Of a stretch of 64,000 nt of DNA, positions 13,408-28,070 are shown piece after piece. Both the position numbers and the translations under genes were made by a program. The notes under the pieces are model-generated. The model made no database searches. It was not told where the DNA came from and worked only from the letters and a program-made list of their open reading frames with translations. Numbering within the stretch: the stretch's first letter is position 1; each line of letters starts with the position of its first letter. The DNA comes from Eledone cirrhosa. Lineage: Eukaryota. The stretch is taken from contig OZ024740.1 of assembly GCA_964016885.1 (NCBI GenBank), forward strand, positions 93,248,001 through 93,312,000, given 5' to 3'.

Positions 13408-14387
13408 ATCCATCTCTCACTCTCTCCCTATATATATATATATATTTATATATGGCACTAATGATTCAGAATGTTTGATGGATAAAAATATTGGCATTAA
13501 CCTGACGGTCCACTGACATTTCGAGGGGTTCTGATTCCAAACGTAGATAACTAATGTTTTAAATTCATGAATAATGTGGCGTAGATCATTTAACGGTAAA
13601 TGCAATTGAACTAATATATGAACAGCACGAGCCAAGAGGACCACCCATTGGACAAAGCCTCCATTTTCATTATTTTTGCCGGCATACTATAGGGTGATAT
13701 TTTAACTCCATTTTGTTAATGGTTTGGAATATTTATTTAAATAATTATTTAGAATACTGGAGTTTGTGGAGTTACTATTGAAGCATGTACGATGACAACA
13801 TTTCAAGAGATAAGACTAAATGATTTGGCTTATAAATATGAGGGCGCAATCATCAGTGAATACCTCTAGTTAGCTGATAATGTATCACATTGTGGTAAAC
13901 ATGATGCAAATGTATTTCGATTTACGTCTTAATACAAGAAAAAAAACAGAAATTGTACTAGATTGAATCAAAGATGTTTATCATGTATTCATTTTAAATT
14001 ATCAAATCAATATTCAGGTGGGAGAAATTAAAATGCTGGGGCGGATATATCCCTTGAATAAGGATGATAATAGTCTAAAGAAATGACTGCCATTGGGCTG
14101 TAATAAATAAGTTCGTGAAATGAGGGAAATCTAACATAGATATTGAAAAGAAAGTTAGATTTGTCATGGTCTGTGTAGAAGGAAGTTAACTATATATCTC
14201 AGGAAATTGGATGTAACACGAAATATAGAGGTAAATATAGAGGATAATATACAAAATTATTAAGGAGAAAGTTTAACATCAGCTGATGAGATGTTATTAC
14301 CACATTCGTCTGATAAGTTTACGCTTTGCTTTTCTGTGTCAAATAAACTGAGCAACATCCGGTTTCTAAGATTATATTTTGTTCACA

Positions 14388-14460
<73 letters not shown>

Positions 14461-14464
<4 letters not shown>

Positions 14465-15145
14465 AAAGTATAGAGGTGTAACACACAAGTTATGATATAT
14501 TGGTAAACGGAAAAGAAAATGCTGACAAATTGTTCACAGTGAAAATTAGTTTAATTAGGGATAAGTGAGAATTAGTAATAGTATTGGTTAGTATTCAGTT
14601 TTGGTTTTAAGTTTTACCGGTTGCGCATTTCTAATGCTTTTCAAAAATAATTTTGAGATAGAGCGTCCGTGATGTTTGCTCTGATCTGATTAGTTTTGGG
14701 AATTCTACCTGTTTTTATGTGAAGAAAGTGGCTCCAGCGGTATTAAAATAAGTTTCGCGCCAATTCGTGTTGCAAAAATTCTTGTGGTCAAAACAATTTT
14801 GATTGGTCGGTAGAGGTCATATGAATGTTAAAAATTGATTTTGCGCCAAATGTAGGTTTGTGTCGGTTGATTGAGAAGTCACTGAAAAACAAGTCTTTCA
14901 AAACAAATATATGTGTAGTAGTAGTAGTAAAGTGTTTATTTGTTGTGATATTGGTCAGCAGGGATGTGTGTGCGAACCGCAGCCTGTTGACAGTTCAAAT
15001 GCCTATTAAGACAAGTGTGTGTATGTGTGTGTGTGTAGCAGAGTAATTCGTGGTAGAGGGATGGTCAGTAGGAATGTGTCTGTAAGTGTGTGGGTGATAT
15101 TTTAACATGTTAAAATATATTTTTCAGCTCTTGTCTTATACGGAG

Positions 15146-15184
<39 letters not shown>

Positions 15185-15979
15185 TCTTTGTATGTTAATG
15201 TACGCGTGTGTATGTGTGTGTGTATATATGTGTGTGTGTGTGTGAGAATGGGTGTGTAGGGTGGGGTGGGGGGACCAGTATTTATTTCTGGAAAATGGTG
15301 TACATTATTCGATATTTTCAGTAAAAACGATTCTCTCAATAGAACATCAAAAACCTTAATAATAAAAGGTGTGAAATGATATAGGGTATTGGCATAATAA
15401 CAAGGTGTGTGTGAGTTTCCAGATTGTACGTACTGCAAGGGGAATCCGTTAGACCTTGCCGTATTGGAATACTTGTGTATACATATATATGTGCTCATCA
15501 GTGTGCAATGCATGTGTGCGTTTATGTATGTGTGTGTGTCGGCACGTTTATATCTATAGACATCAAAAGGTATGCACATGTGTGTATGTTTGTGTTGCAC
15601 CATAGAACATGTGTGTTTACGTATGTCATTGTGTTTATATGTGGATAGAGATGTATGCTGATGTAGGTATGTATCTTGACGTGTGTATGTTGTGGGTATG
15701 TCTTAGGGAGAATTGTTTAGACGGGGTCCGTATTTGTTAATAAAGTACGATTCCTTGCTGATGCGCTGGGTGTGGGTGGCATTATCTTTAAATAGAATTC
15801 CCATAACTAATCAGATCAGAGCGAAATTCACGGACGCTCTATCTCAAAATTATATTTGAAAAGCATTAGAAATGCGCAACCGGTAAAACTTAAAACCAAA
15901 ACTGAATACTAACCAATATAATTCCTAATTAAACTATTTTTCACTGTGAACAATTTGTCGGCATTTTCTTTTCCATTTA

Positions 15980-15987
<8 letters not shown>
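14461..15987. mobile_element. Non-coding inverted-repeat element in (TA)n, PLE pLTR-like
   Basis: Arms ~14496-14707 and ~15793-15987 are reverse complements; (TA)n at both ends; HHR-like motif in each arm. Confidence 0.75.
15853..15889 (+). ncRNA. Minimal HHR-like motif, UUGAAAA/GCAA variant (mirror copy 14612-14647 on minus)
   Basis: TTGAAAA-GCATT aga AATGC-GCAA-CCGG-TA; palindromic ACCGGT stem III; weak stem I. Confidence 0.5.
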
Positions 15988-16052
<65 letters not shown>

Positions 16053-16057
<5 letters not shown>

Positions 16058-19000
16058 TTAGTTATGCAAAACAAGACCACAAATTTAACAGGGAAGACAT
16101 TATCAAAAGATTGTCAACATATTGTTGTTTGATGTAAGGAATGTTGAGAATAATACTAACATTTTAATAATAATAATTGTTTCGACTTTAGGCACAAGGC
16201 CAGCAATTATCCGTTTACAATTATTTCGCTACTCCATATATTATTTCTGGATCAGATGACTATATATCATAATTGATCTGGTTCAGTTGAAAATAATTAA
16301 CATATTTAAAAAACAGAGTGGCTTATCGGAACTTCAAAGGAATATAAATTAAAATAGTTTTTTCTACTCTAGGCACAATGACAACAAATAACCAGTACAT
16401 TACTAGTACTTTATTTTATCGATCCCGTAAGAATATTAAAATAATGGGCTAATGTTATATAATATAATGTTCCATATATTGGTTTTTACAATGGTGTCTT
16501 GGTTGCATCAGTTGTCAGCCATAATCAAGCAGTATTCATCTGTCGAGGCTGCATTGTGTGAGATCTTCCTATGGGTAACAAGATGGCTGCCAAAGGGCAT
16601 ATTTACCTTACTAATTAGAGGGTGGTTTCAAGGGAAGTAACTTCTCGAGAGATTATAAATTGTGAGTGTTTATATTTAAGTGCTAATTATTAATTTTTTT
16701 AATTGGGAGACAATGTAGGGGAGGTAAATTATAATTATCAAGTTGTTCATAGCAATTTAACTTATTTGCTACAAGTAAAAATGGGGCTACATGACTAAGT
16801 TGGGTCAAATATTCTATTGGCGAAGGAATTAGCCCTTCGATGTTCACAGCTAATAGTTACCTCCGTTCTATCGATAATCGGTAGAGGTCGTGATATTTTT
16901 TTCGTCCATTGAACGGTTAGGTCCTAGCCACGATATCCCATTTTAGTGAGTGTTGAACGTTTTATAATATACGGTTTTTAATGAGCCTAGCTAGCGATGC
17001 CGAACATCTGTTGCTAGGGTCTCCGAAGGAAAAAGAGAGCGCGTTATAGCGTACCTTAAAAGGGTTAGATGTAGATCCGATATAAAAGCTGGTATTCGAA
17101 GCAGTCTCAACCGTGCACCTATAGACTATGTTGGGCGTCAGGCAGTGTCCATTTAATGGGCATGCATTGGGGTAACGGCAATTGCAGTTGCTTCTGCGGT
17201 TAGTGAGAGTAGTGTTGTTTAACCTAAGCGGTAGGTCCGTGCTAGAAGGATTAGAATGGAGAGGTGTGCTACTAGAGTAATTATTGGTGTAGTGGCGTGG
17301 TGTATTTGATAGGGGTGGTGGTACCGCGGTGTGAGAGTTATACTGTCTTAGCTTATGATAGTTACTGAACGCGATGTGGCAAGCTAGGTTATTTTTATTA
17401 AAGAGTTTGTCATATCTATGGGTGGGGGGAGTGTTTGGATATGGTAGAGAAGAAGCGTTTAGGGCTATTAGTGGCTAGATTAGATGAGAATGGAAGGTTG
17501 AGCCAGGTGATATTTCTATGTCTATTCCTTCTAGGGGTTCTAGTGAAGTTGGTAGGGGCCTTCCTAAGGTTATTATTACCTGGGGATTTGTTATTTGTCA
17601 TCCCATTTCTCATTCCTATTCTAGGGTTGATTTTTAGTTTAGTACTTGGAGTGGGGAGCAGGCCGCTGCCACCCTTAAAGTTCCCTGTATAGGTGGTGTT
17701 ACTGCTAAAATTCCGGCGAATCTGGCTATATGCTAAGGTATTTCTAGTTATAGTGTTAAGTTTATTATGGTGAGTTGCTGTATCATGGCATTTAGTTATG
17801 TAATAAATTGATTGTTTATAACCAGATTCAGAGAGAGCCTTATTATAATATTGTGCGTGGTTTATAAATATCTCCTCATTTGCTGATAGCATTGAGATCC
17901 TATAGGAGATAGATTTGATTACTGCTCTGATGACTGCGGGTGGGTGGTTAGAGTTTGGGCTAATATATGTGAGTATTTCACCTGGTTTATGGTATGGGTT
18001 ATAAATGTTATTGTTGAGATCAAGGGTGACGTCTAGGAAGTTTACTACTTTATGATTCGGCTCGATGGTGATAGAGAGACCGTTATTTTTGAAGAATCTA
18101 TGTAATTGTTTCTTTAGCAAATCGATTCCCCGATTAGTGCAATTGTGGACCGCAAATATGGCGTCGTCCCTGTATATTCCGCCTTGCATGAGTTGGATTT
18201 CGGCTGTGATGTTACGTCATAGGTAAATCCCAACTAAATCGTTGATTTGCGTGGAGTCATTTGAGCCCATCTTAATGTCAAAGTTGTCTGTTCTATCTTT
18301 TCTAGTCCAGAGTGCTCCGTTGAATTCATTGATAGTCTGCCTAGCCATAAGTATGATGTTAATATCATTATTGGTTATGTCTGAGTTGGTGGTGGCAAGG
18401 GCTAGTGCTTTGTTGAGCAGTTCCGGGGTTATTGACGCGTAATAGCTGTCTATGTCAAATTGGATGAACCTCATAGATTGCTTGGACCTTAGATCGGAGA
18501 ACCATCTGATGATTTGGCCGGTGTTGGACCACAACTTGTAGTTGGTATCATCCCGTAGCCCAGGGATTATCCTATCAAGGATGTTCTTACTGATGCGGCC
18601 CAGGTCAGATGTGGTTGGGCTTATGAGTGTAATGGATGGGTTCTCTATAAAGTTTGGCTTGTGATCCTTGAGAGAGAAACTTGGGGTTGTTGGTACATAA
18701 GGGTGGGTAAATCTATCCAGATGCAAGTCCTTAACCAAAGCCTGGGCTTTTCGGTTAAGTACGTTTACACAGGAGGGTGTAGTTTTTTATAGTTTTTATT
18801 GAGTTCTTTAAGAAGGAAAGAGTTATAATTTTTAGGAGTCATGGTGTATAGATTTTTAGTTTTGTCAGACATAACATGAAAGAGGTTGCTATCTTTAAAT
18901 GTTTTCATAGTAGTTGCTAATGTAGTGAGGAAGTTATTCTTGTGTCTATAATGATTTCTGAAGTTAATGCTCCTGACGAAGTTGAATAGATCTTTTTGAA

Positions 19001-19560
19001 AAGCGTCCAGCAGGATGATGTGTGGGGGGTTCTTGCATGTGGCAAATCAATATCTATTTGCTGTACTTCCAGCGTGAGCAACAACTGCACGGTCAAAGTG
19101 GTACGCTTTCCATCTTAATCCTCGGATGAAGGAGTTGGCACTCTGTATTAAAAGTTTAAGGTATGTCTTTCTGTCCGGGATAGGTATGGACTTAAATGAG
19201 ATTCTGAGTTCCTGTTTGCTCAACATGGTGACTTCTAACATTAAATAGCTCGACTACGGGAGCTCACGTATACACAGTTCAAGAGTAACCAATCTTAAAA
19301 AGAGAGATGGAGATAGTAGAGGAGATATGAGATGAGAGATTGGTGAGTTAGCTAGAAGCCAAAGCTTAAAGGCATGTGCTCAATGTGCAATATGCAGTAG
19401 AAAGCAGCTAGGTGGCTGGGTTCATGCAGAAGTTAGGTGCGCAGAGATGGAAATATTCATTAGTTAAGCAAAACAAGACCGCACATTTTACAAGGAAGAC
19501 ATTATTAAAAGATTGTCAACCTCTTTTAGTTTGATGTAAGAAAAGTAGAGAATAATAATA
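16053..19560 (-). mobile_element. Near full-length Penelope-like element with direct pLTR segments
   Basis: RGLRWKAYHF, FIQFDIDSYYASI, KMGSNDS, GIYRDD, VNFLDVTLDL, SNHPP, NIVYRCTV..FYIGSTSNPFKVRY; 16053-16170 repeated at 19453-19560. Confidence 0.92.
16213..16332 (-). ncRNA. HHR-like motif with ~95 nt stem II in the PLE 3' pLTR
   Basis: GTT-CCGATAA-GCCACTC...GAGTAGC-GAAA-TAATTG-TA-AAC; the sister copy at 57889-58007 has CCGATGA and ACAATTGT. Confidence 0.65.
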
Positions 19561-19585
19561 ATAATAATAATATTAATAATAATAA

Positions 19586-19768
19586 TTGTTTCTACTTTAG
19601 GCACAAGGTCAGCAATTACCCAGTACATTACTGGTACTTTATTTTATCGACCCCGTAAGGATGAAAGGCAAAGTTAACCTAGGCAGGATTTGAACTCAGA
19701 ATGTAAAGGGACGTAACTATTCTAGAAAGCATGGCGTCCAACCCTCTACCGATACTGCCAATTCACCT
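19586..19768 (-). mobile_element. tRNA-derived SINE
   Basis: A box TGGCAGTATCGG, B box GAGTTCAAATCC, central CTTTGCCTTTCATCCTTACGGGGTCGATAAAAT; multiple copies in the window. Confidence 0.85.
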
Positions 19769-19825
19769 ATTAAAATCTCTACCCTCATTATAGAATAAAA
19801 ATACCTTATGTGCATGAATAAATAA

Positions 19826-20011
19826 TTGTTTCTACTTTAGGCACAAGGCCAGCAATTACCCAGTGCATTACTGATACTTTATTTTATCGATCCCGTAAGG
19901 ATGAAAGGAAAAGTCAACCTCGGCGGGAATTGAATTCAGATCGTAAAGGGACGTAACTATGCTGGAAAGCATGACGTCCGACCCACTACCGATACTGCCA
20001 ATCCACCGCCC
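19826..20011 (-). mobile_element. tRNA-derived SINE with TSD
   Basis: Same family; TGTGCATGAATAAATAA duplicated on both flanks. Confidence 0.88.
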
Positions 20012-20339
20012 TTGTGCATGAATAAATAAGGTCGTGTTATATGCTGTGCCCTCACCTCTTTGATTATGTTATATACATGAATATACCTTAAATTTATACT
20101 ATATTTATACATTATGTTGATCAATGTAATGACGATAATAATTTGTATTAATTATACTATTGATATAATTTGTCACGCAGTTTCTAGGTCAAATTTGACG
20201 GAGTGTTTGGTCATTTGTCAAGTCACATAACAGTCTTCTAATAGATAATATTTCTGATAATATGCGCGGTTTCTAGCAATTCTGAACTATTAAACTGCTC
20301 AAAATGTTTGGCTCTCTCATTACATTAGCCCCAAATATT

Positions 20340-22400
20340 CAATCATCAGCATTCTCATATTACAGAAGACACTTGGAAGCCCAGCAAATTTGAAATTCCA
20401 GCTTGAATGTGACAGATTCGATGATTTTTCTCAAATATTGTAATCACTATTTTGGCTATATTTGTTAAGATTGCCTCAAATATCTCCCATGCTCATACGA
20501 GAATATCAACTAGGCTATGCTCAGTTACTCTTAATATTCAGAATTCTTAATCCCAGAATATCATCGCATTGACATATTTCTGCATTACTTTTAAACTACA
20601 ATATAATACTATATTTCTATCTTTTTACATTCATATTTACTATTAATATACAGTCACGGTTTACATAGATTTGTATTATAGCATTTGTATTCATTTTCTG
20701 GAAGGCTCCAACATACACAAGTATTTATATTTCCTATATTACTATTTTGTAGATGCCGCATTTCATTGAATTGATAGCAAGTGCTTGGTCTTGTACTGAA
20801 TCTACAATTCCTTCATTGACCTGGTTCACATCGTCTTCCTGCAGCCAATGATACGGTGTTTACCCTTGGTATCCTGTGTAACTCTGTCAAATGGACCTCG
20901 CATTCTTTTTCCATGTGGAAATTTGTTTTCAATATTTGCTTGAGTCTATTCCTTTTCTAATATTGTACCTGCATGTTTACCACTATCTACTGGTGTATAT
21001 TGAAATAAGACTCCATCAATATTTACCTAATCTACTGGAAAATTTCTCTTTTCATTTATTATAATTTAATCTACACTGATAATAAATTTACCATTAATAA
21101 TAAGCCCTATATAGAAACTATTCATATTTATTTATGGTGCAACATTTCTGAAATGTCACTAAACTTTTTGTAATTTTTACCAAGAATGGAGAAGTCTTTT
21201 TTAATCCCCCTCATGATGTACGCAATACAGGAAACCACTACATATTCAAAAGTATTCACTGCAGTGGCAAAATTTCGGACATTCAGGTTCGATCGCAATC
21301 TATATACACTTCAGTTAAATATCGCTCTCAAAACATTCCACTCATTTCTGCATGCAAATTAGTAACCAGTTGTAATATTGCGAGATGTTTGTATCCAATA
21401 TCTACTAGTGTTTTCCCCTCTTTTAATATTGATAATAGTGCATATCGAAGTCCCATATCTCATATCGATACTAATGCCATATGATTAAACACTTTTAGCC
21501 AATGGGATTATGTGGCTTTCATTCTATACAAACAATTTCATATCATCCATAAACAGAAGTTGTTTAATTTATGACACTTTTTAAAGCATTTTTCAGACTC
21601 ACTAAGATTCTGCCAATCCACGCCCGTGATATAACAATTAACAAACCGTGAAATTGTGACACGTTTTAGATACCCCTTTTTAATATCTAACTCGCCAAGA
21701 AATACATTGTACAATACAACATCGTCATTTAATAAGGCATAATATTTAGAACAAAATTAATGATTTTGTCTGGAGTTATAATTATCTACAGTTATTTAAC
21801 TTTAAAGTAATGTGGCAATTTATCATAGATTCTAAATGTAAATGTTGCCCATACACATGATTGCATGATGTCAGTTACTATTCCACAAATCTAGCTTGCT
21901 GTTTCTCACACAACTTTCCTTACTTGGAAAAGAAAATATGTCTTTGTTGCAAATATCCGAGTAAATACTGACCATATTAAAGCATGCGATAAGCCGATTT
22001 TTTCCTACTTACATTTATAGTTTATCATGAATATTGTCGTACACTTCGAAATAAGATACCATTATTGTAGAAAATCAATTCTTTCGTAGTTTATATTTCG
22101 TGTCTATGGCTTCCGACCATCTTTTTTTATTTCACTTTACCTCTAAACTATTGTTTGATTTTACTTAAAACTTAACTTGACCGCATTATGTCATTGCCAA
22201 GGCATACTCTCCACCAACGATGCTTTGCAATCATCTACATACTTCTGGACAGTTATGATTTCTTCTCGACAAGCAAGTCAACCATATGCATGATATTATT
22301 TGATTGGGCTATGTCCTCTATTTGGTTGCATGATACATATTTTGAACATCGTTTTGTATATTCATTTAACATACACTGCTTTTAATGTTGTAATGCAGCA
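20340..22400 (-). mobile_element. Very old Dong/R4-like LINE remnant
   Basis: Minus-strand LLFMDDM motif near 21545-21560 and scattered similarity to the 35339-38780 element; no long ORFs; boundaries approximate. Confidence 0.5.
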
Positions 22401-25400
22401 TCATTCTCAGATGTTGTAATGCAGCATCATTCTCAGAAATAAACTTGTTCGATGAATGAATAACATCCATCTGAAACAGCCATAACAATTACATTTCAAT
22501 TTTACTATTCATGTTGCCTGCTTGCAATAATAGTAACATCTTCAGTTCCTTCCCTCAATGATTTGTATAAAAAGCTGTAAAAAGGGAAGGCAGGTATTAG
22601 TTAATAATAAATAGTACACAACAATTTCCAGAATAGAGGAGGCATCAACCACTGGTCATTTTGGAACTCCACAGATTGGAGAGCATTCGAATCACCAAAA
22701 AGCAACATAAGGAGGTGCTCCATCCTCTCTAATGTCTCCAGCCTACAGCTCATGCACAGATTTGGTTGATTCACTCGTGCATTCTCGCTACATCAGATTT
22801 CAATAATTTAATCAGATTTCAATAAAAGTACTGGGCTGGGCATTTGTCTCTCTTTTCACTCCAACATTCCCCTTTACTTTTCCAAGGAATGCTTGAAAGA
22901 GTTGGTATATTTGACTTCAGGTTTTTCAGTCACACAAACCACACAACATTTTCACCACACCAAACCAATAGAGGAAAATTACTTTCCCATCGTTTCATAA
23001 AGAGCGGCGTAGCGAAAGTCTTGGTGGATTTGTCTGCTAGGTGGGGCTGTCCTACGCATGGCAATATATGTCTCAAAAAGTTCCACAATTCAGCAATGTT
23101 GGTAACTGGAGGAGTTTATACTGAACGATATTGTCATTCTACGCGCATCTGAGACAGATCTGTCTGAGAGTTATTACCCCGTTCACGCTGTTAGAACGTT
23201 AGATCGCCATATAAATGGTATCATGCATTTGCCCCAACTATACTGTAAGCTACTCCCCATACAATCGGTATTGTGAAGGTTCAGAGGCAACTTCATTCGT
23301 GCCACAAAACGCAGTACCCAGCTAAATGTAAATTGCAATTTGTTCCAAGAAAATATTCGCTACACTTAAATATATGCGGCTGTCCTCTCTCAGTTGACAA
23401 TATAGGCCCCACCTTCATTATTGCTCATATCCAGAACGCCAAACGTACTATTAGTGATTAGGAAAGATGAACGGTACCATGAGATATAGGACTGTTCTAA
23501 AGGACACCCTCATCTCTACTTCCATTCCGGCCAAGCAGAGTGACACATAGGTCAAGATGTAGGATAGCTCCTCCGTGTCAAAATTCCTGTTCTCAGAAAT
23601 AACTGTCACAACTATACCTAAGTAACTGAGGTCATTGAATAGTGGGCCTTAATTTCAGGGCGAAACCTTTTCATATATATTTATGATATGTTTAGAATCA
23701 CAGTGGACGGAAAGAGTTAATAAATAGAAAAAGATGAATAAGTTGCCCTACTGGTTCTGTTGGAGTTAGGGTGGTGTGACATCCAGAGTTCGATGGGGTT
23801 CTTGGAAATATATTTAATATCATAATTGTGCACTTCGCAATAGATTTCCGACATTGTAGGGGAAGCTATAACTAATGTTGATTTATGATACCAGAGACAT
23901 GCTAGTGCGCAAAATCTCCCATTCTCTCCCAATATCATCAATTCCTGATATAGGAACTACCAAATATTTGGCAGCCCTCAAACAAGGCATGAAACACCAC
24001 ACCATCAGGCAAGGCAATTAGATAAGGTGTCGTATCCATCGTATTAAGTTTTATGTGGAAGAGCTCCAACAGCAGAACCTAGAGCACTTTTCTCGACACA
24101 TATTTCTGGCGTTGAGGTCGGGTTCAATGACAACAGGTCCACGAAGGCCAGGTTATACAAGACATCAATCTCCGGTGGTTGTTCCCAAATCCTGCCCCAA
24201 TGGTCCTTCTACCCACTTACGCCTGATAATTTATGAATTGTTTGCTCTAAAAATGGATAACATAAGATTATTTTGCCTGGTGGTAGCAAAATGCTTAATA
24301 TACTAAAATCCCGGCAATACTTCTGTCATGTATATTTCTAATTCTTTTGGAGGTGCTGAAATTGGCGGTCAGGCTTTTGCCGAAATACAACAAAGGAAAA
24401 AGAAGAGGTTGGGGGAGAGAAGGAAATATAAATAAAAATTTGAAAATAAGTTAACTTGCTGACATTTTTTGCCCGGGTCGGCTATAAATAAATAGGATAA
24501 CCCGACGAAGTATGCTTCATTTTTCAGTCCCGGTTTTGACACTTTGTGCTATTCCTGTCTAGAATGTTTCCTTCTGAAGTTAGATGTATGTACGAGGTTT
24601 TCCGATTTTTCTTGGATTGAATGAATCCACATATACTAGACTTCCATGGTATTTTTTTCTGTCGTAATTTATTTATAAAAGGGAATGTTGTGGGACGAAA
24701 CAATTGTATCGTAATATTGTGAGATGATACGAAATTTTAGTTTGTAGTGTGAGGATAATACTAGGATATAGCGCTGGGTTTATGTGGAATTTGGCGTCAA
24801 CATGATCCGGGTAATGTGGATTGAACATTTTCCACATGAGAAATGATATTTCGCTCACAGCCGCGTTGGAGAGAACAGTTTCATTGTTTCTATTCGAACT
24901 ACACTAATCGTATTAGTTGAGACGTTCTATGTCCGTAAAACTTTGTAGGTTTTCATATTCATTGAATAGTGAATAACAATTTGCATATTGCCTGCTAATA
25001 CATGTGGTAGCAGACAGGTTCAAATATGGTTTTCTTTCGACATTTACTGAATAAAACATTATACTATTAAATAAAAAAGAAACTATGCAAAAAAGCATAG
25101 ACGTTTTTGTAATAAAAGAACACAGACGCGTTAAATGAAAAAAAAATAGTACCTTTGTAGTAGTTTAAAAGTATAAGTGTTTACAGTTTAACTATGTTGT
25201 TAGGCATTGATTACAGATAAAGGTCAGCGGTTCTTGAAAGTATAGATAAAATAACAAATGGCTTAGAAATGCCTTTTTACATTTCCCTGTGAAGTTAATG
25301 TAAACATATATCATTAAAAAATAAATGACTACAAAATTGCTAGAAGATAATCAATTTCAGAAAACCTTTTCCTTTGTTGCTTTTACATTCTCACCTAACA

Positions 25401-25813
25401 TAGCAAATATATTCATGAAGGTGAACATGTTATTTTCATCCATACCAACACTACGCAGATATAGATTTAGATAAGTATTGCTAAATCTGAATATGTGATA
25501 AACCAAGTTTTCCATTAACTAAATGTCGATATTATTACTGCTTTAGATAAGAAAAAATAACAAAGTGTGGGATCAATACAATACGTATACTTTTGTTTGC
25601 TACTTAACTTTTCAATCATATAATAAATAACTTTTGTATTACCAACTTATTTCATTAAATCAATTGAGGACGTGTCTGGAGGAAATCAATCAATATAAGG
25701 TATGACAGGAAACATTGTTATGCATGCATACATATACAATGTCTCTAGATTCATGTTCTAGGGAGATGTTCATAGAAGTTGTAGGCATCGTTGTATGAAA
25801 TATATTTAGTGGG

Positions 25814-25849
<36 letters not shown>

Positions 25850-26098
25850 ATATATATAAATATATGTATACATGTGTGTGTATATTCTTGAAGAGATACA
25901 GGGAGAGCTAGCTATTTCATTTAGTTAGTATGGAATCTTATTCATATTCACAGGCACAAAGATATTCTACATAGTCAAGTTGTTATAGTGTTCACACGTC
26001 TTGGAAACACATACCCACATACATGCACACACACACATACACACACATACACACGCATCACACACGCACATATATATATAAATGCACAATATATATAA

Positions 26099-26171
<73 letters not shown>

Positions 26172-27339
26172 TATAAATTAGTTTTCTTTTTGTGTCAACT
26201 ATTATCAATATTTTTCATTAGAAATGTATCCACACGAAGCGTTTCTTCATATGTTCGTCTCCATTGGTAAATAACACTAAAAAAACATAAAATATATGAT
26301 TTTTATCAAAGTATTGCTGTTATCATCCAAAAGATGTTAAATGTGTGTAAAAGTGCATGTATAATATCATATTGCATGTATAATAGCTTTTAATCTGTTT
26401 TGTAAATTAACAGAATTGTATTAATTACATGGGAAGTATCTTAATTCAAATTAAATATACATAATTGTAATAGATTTACGCAATCAACAAAAATATCCTA
26501 ATACATTTGTAGGACGTTATATGAATGAAGATATTATAATGGCGGTATCAATGATTTCATTTGTGATTAAAAGTATGAAAAAAATAAGTAAAGAAAGACT
26601 CATTGTCGAATACATTGAGAATGTTGTAGCCAGTATTAATCAACATTGTGTATTCGAAAACCAAAACAAGACGCAGGTGCTAATACGATTTAGAATTGAA
26701 ATATTAATCACATATATTTTCATAATTATACATTTTAAATATTACGCAAACATATACCAAATATGTTGTATTTAACTAGGGAATGTTTAATGTGACATAA
26801 ATATAACGCCAAACAACATTTAGTTTCAAATTAATTGTTGTTTGTAGATGGAGAAGTAAAAATTAGAAATATGTCCCGGAAATCATCACAATCATCGAAA
26901 ATAATGCTAGAAACGAGCCAATCAGCGAAAAGGAAACTAAATCCAGGAAAAGTATATAGGAATTGAAGGCAGGAAAACTTTAGAGGTTTACAGACATTTT
27001 ATATTAGCCCACAAAAATAATACACCTACTATAAAGAGATATCTCCCCAGTAGAATATCTTAAGTCGTATATAGTAGTTAAGCAATCACGTATACATCCC
27101 CCACCCACACGTGCACGCGCATTGACACTTACACACACACATACTTACACAAACATACACACACACACACTTACACACACACATATATATATGAGTTAAA
27201 AACAAAACAAAAAACAATAACAAAGAGTGCAGTACAAACAGTGTTGGTATTAGGTTCACGCATGAGAGTGGGTGCTGGGGTACCGATTTTTAGGGCATAA
27301 AGTGGGAAGGAAATTAGTTCCGAGGTGTGAGGGGAGTGG

Positions 27340-27380
<41 letters not shown>

Positions 27381-27644
27381 TTGTAGATACAAATTTACCG
27401 GGTGTCCCAAAAAATGTATTCATCTTTCAACATAATTCTAATAAATACTACTGCCTGCATAGGTAAAGTTGAAATATACCGGGGCCGTTTTCACGGCTGA
27501 TGGAAGGTAACAGGCTGAATTAAGTGCAAGACGTGCTGTAGCGTCTGCAGTAATGCGCCAGCTTCAGCAATCGGGAATGGGAAGAACGGGGGTAAGTGTA
27601 AAACCCAAATCGCTATCTTCAATTCGTTATTCCTGCCTACCCTT

Positions 27645-27730
27645 ACCGGTCGTCATAAATCTTGGGTATTGACAGAAAGAATAGAATCGCGAATACAAGC
27701 GCACACAATGAAGTTCCTTCGAATGGTCTT
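27645..27730 (+). mobile_element. Small RTE-like RT C-terminal fragment
   Basis: Translates as HKSWVLTERIESRIQAHTMKFLR, resembling the YG.E.W......RI...EM.FLR motif. Confidence 0.45.
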
Positions 27731-28070
27731 TAGCGACTGTTTAACTATCGTGCTCAACGCAGGGACGACGAAAATGCATGCTGTACTGTCGATAGGGGTT
27801 AGAATATGTACATGATGTCGTGCACCACCCCGTAAGCATATATATATTGTTTGTCGGTTGCCTCGAATCCGAAGTCATATGGAATGTTGGTTTAATACAT
27901 AACAACATAAAATGAAGCATATTATGTATATTTCTTCCTAGTGTGTTGGTGAAGAGTTTTCATTAAGATATCTAATTAAATATTTATACGAAATATTTCG
28001 CAAATGTTTCCTTCTATGATTTAAGAGTTAACTTGATTGATTTCGACTTTTCCTAGGTATCATATATAGA

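Noticed and set aside
14277-14315. CTGATGA followed by a GATGT/ACATT stem
   Set aside because: No GAAA or stem III follows; it is part of the short palindrome CATCAGCTGATG.
22600-24100. Possible ancient Gypsy pol remnant on the minus strand
   Set aside because: Only vague motif echoes; I cannot support it without a profile search.
24527-24713. GTCCC...GGGAC-GAAA-CAATTG-TA resembling a long-arm HHR
   Set aside because: No core-like heptamer or adjacent stem I upstream; at best a decayed copy.
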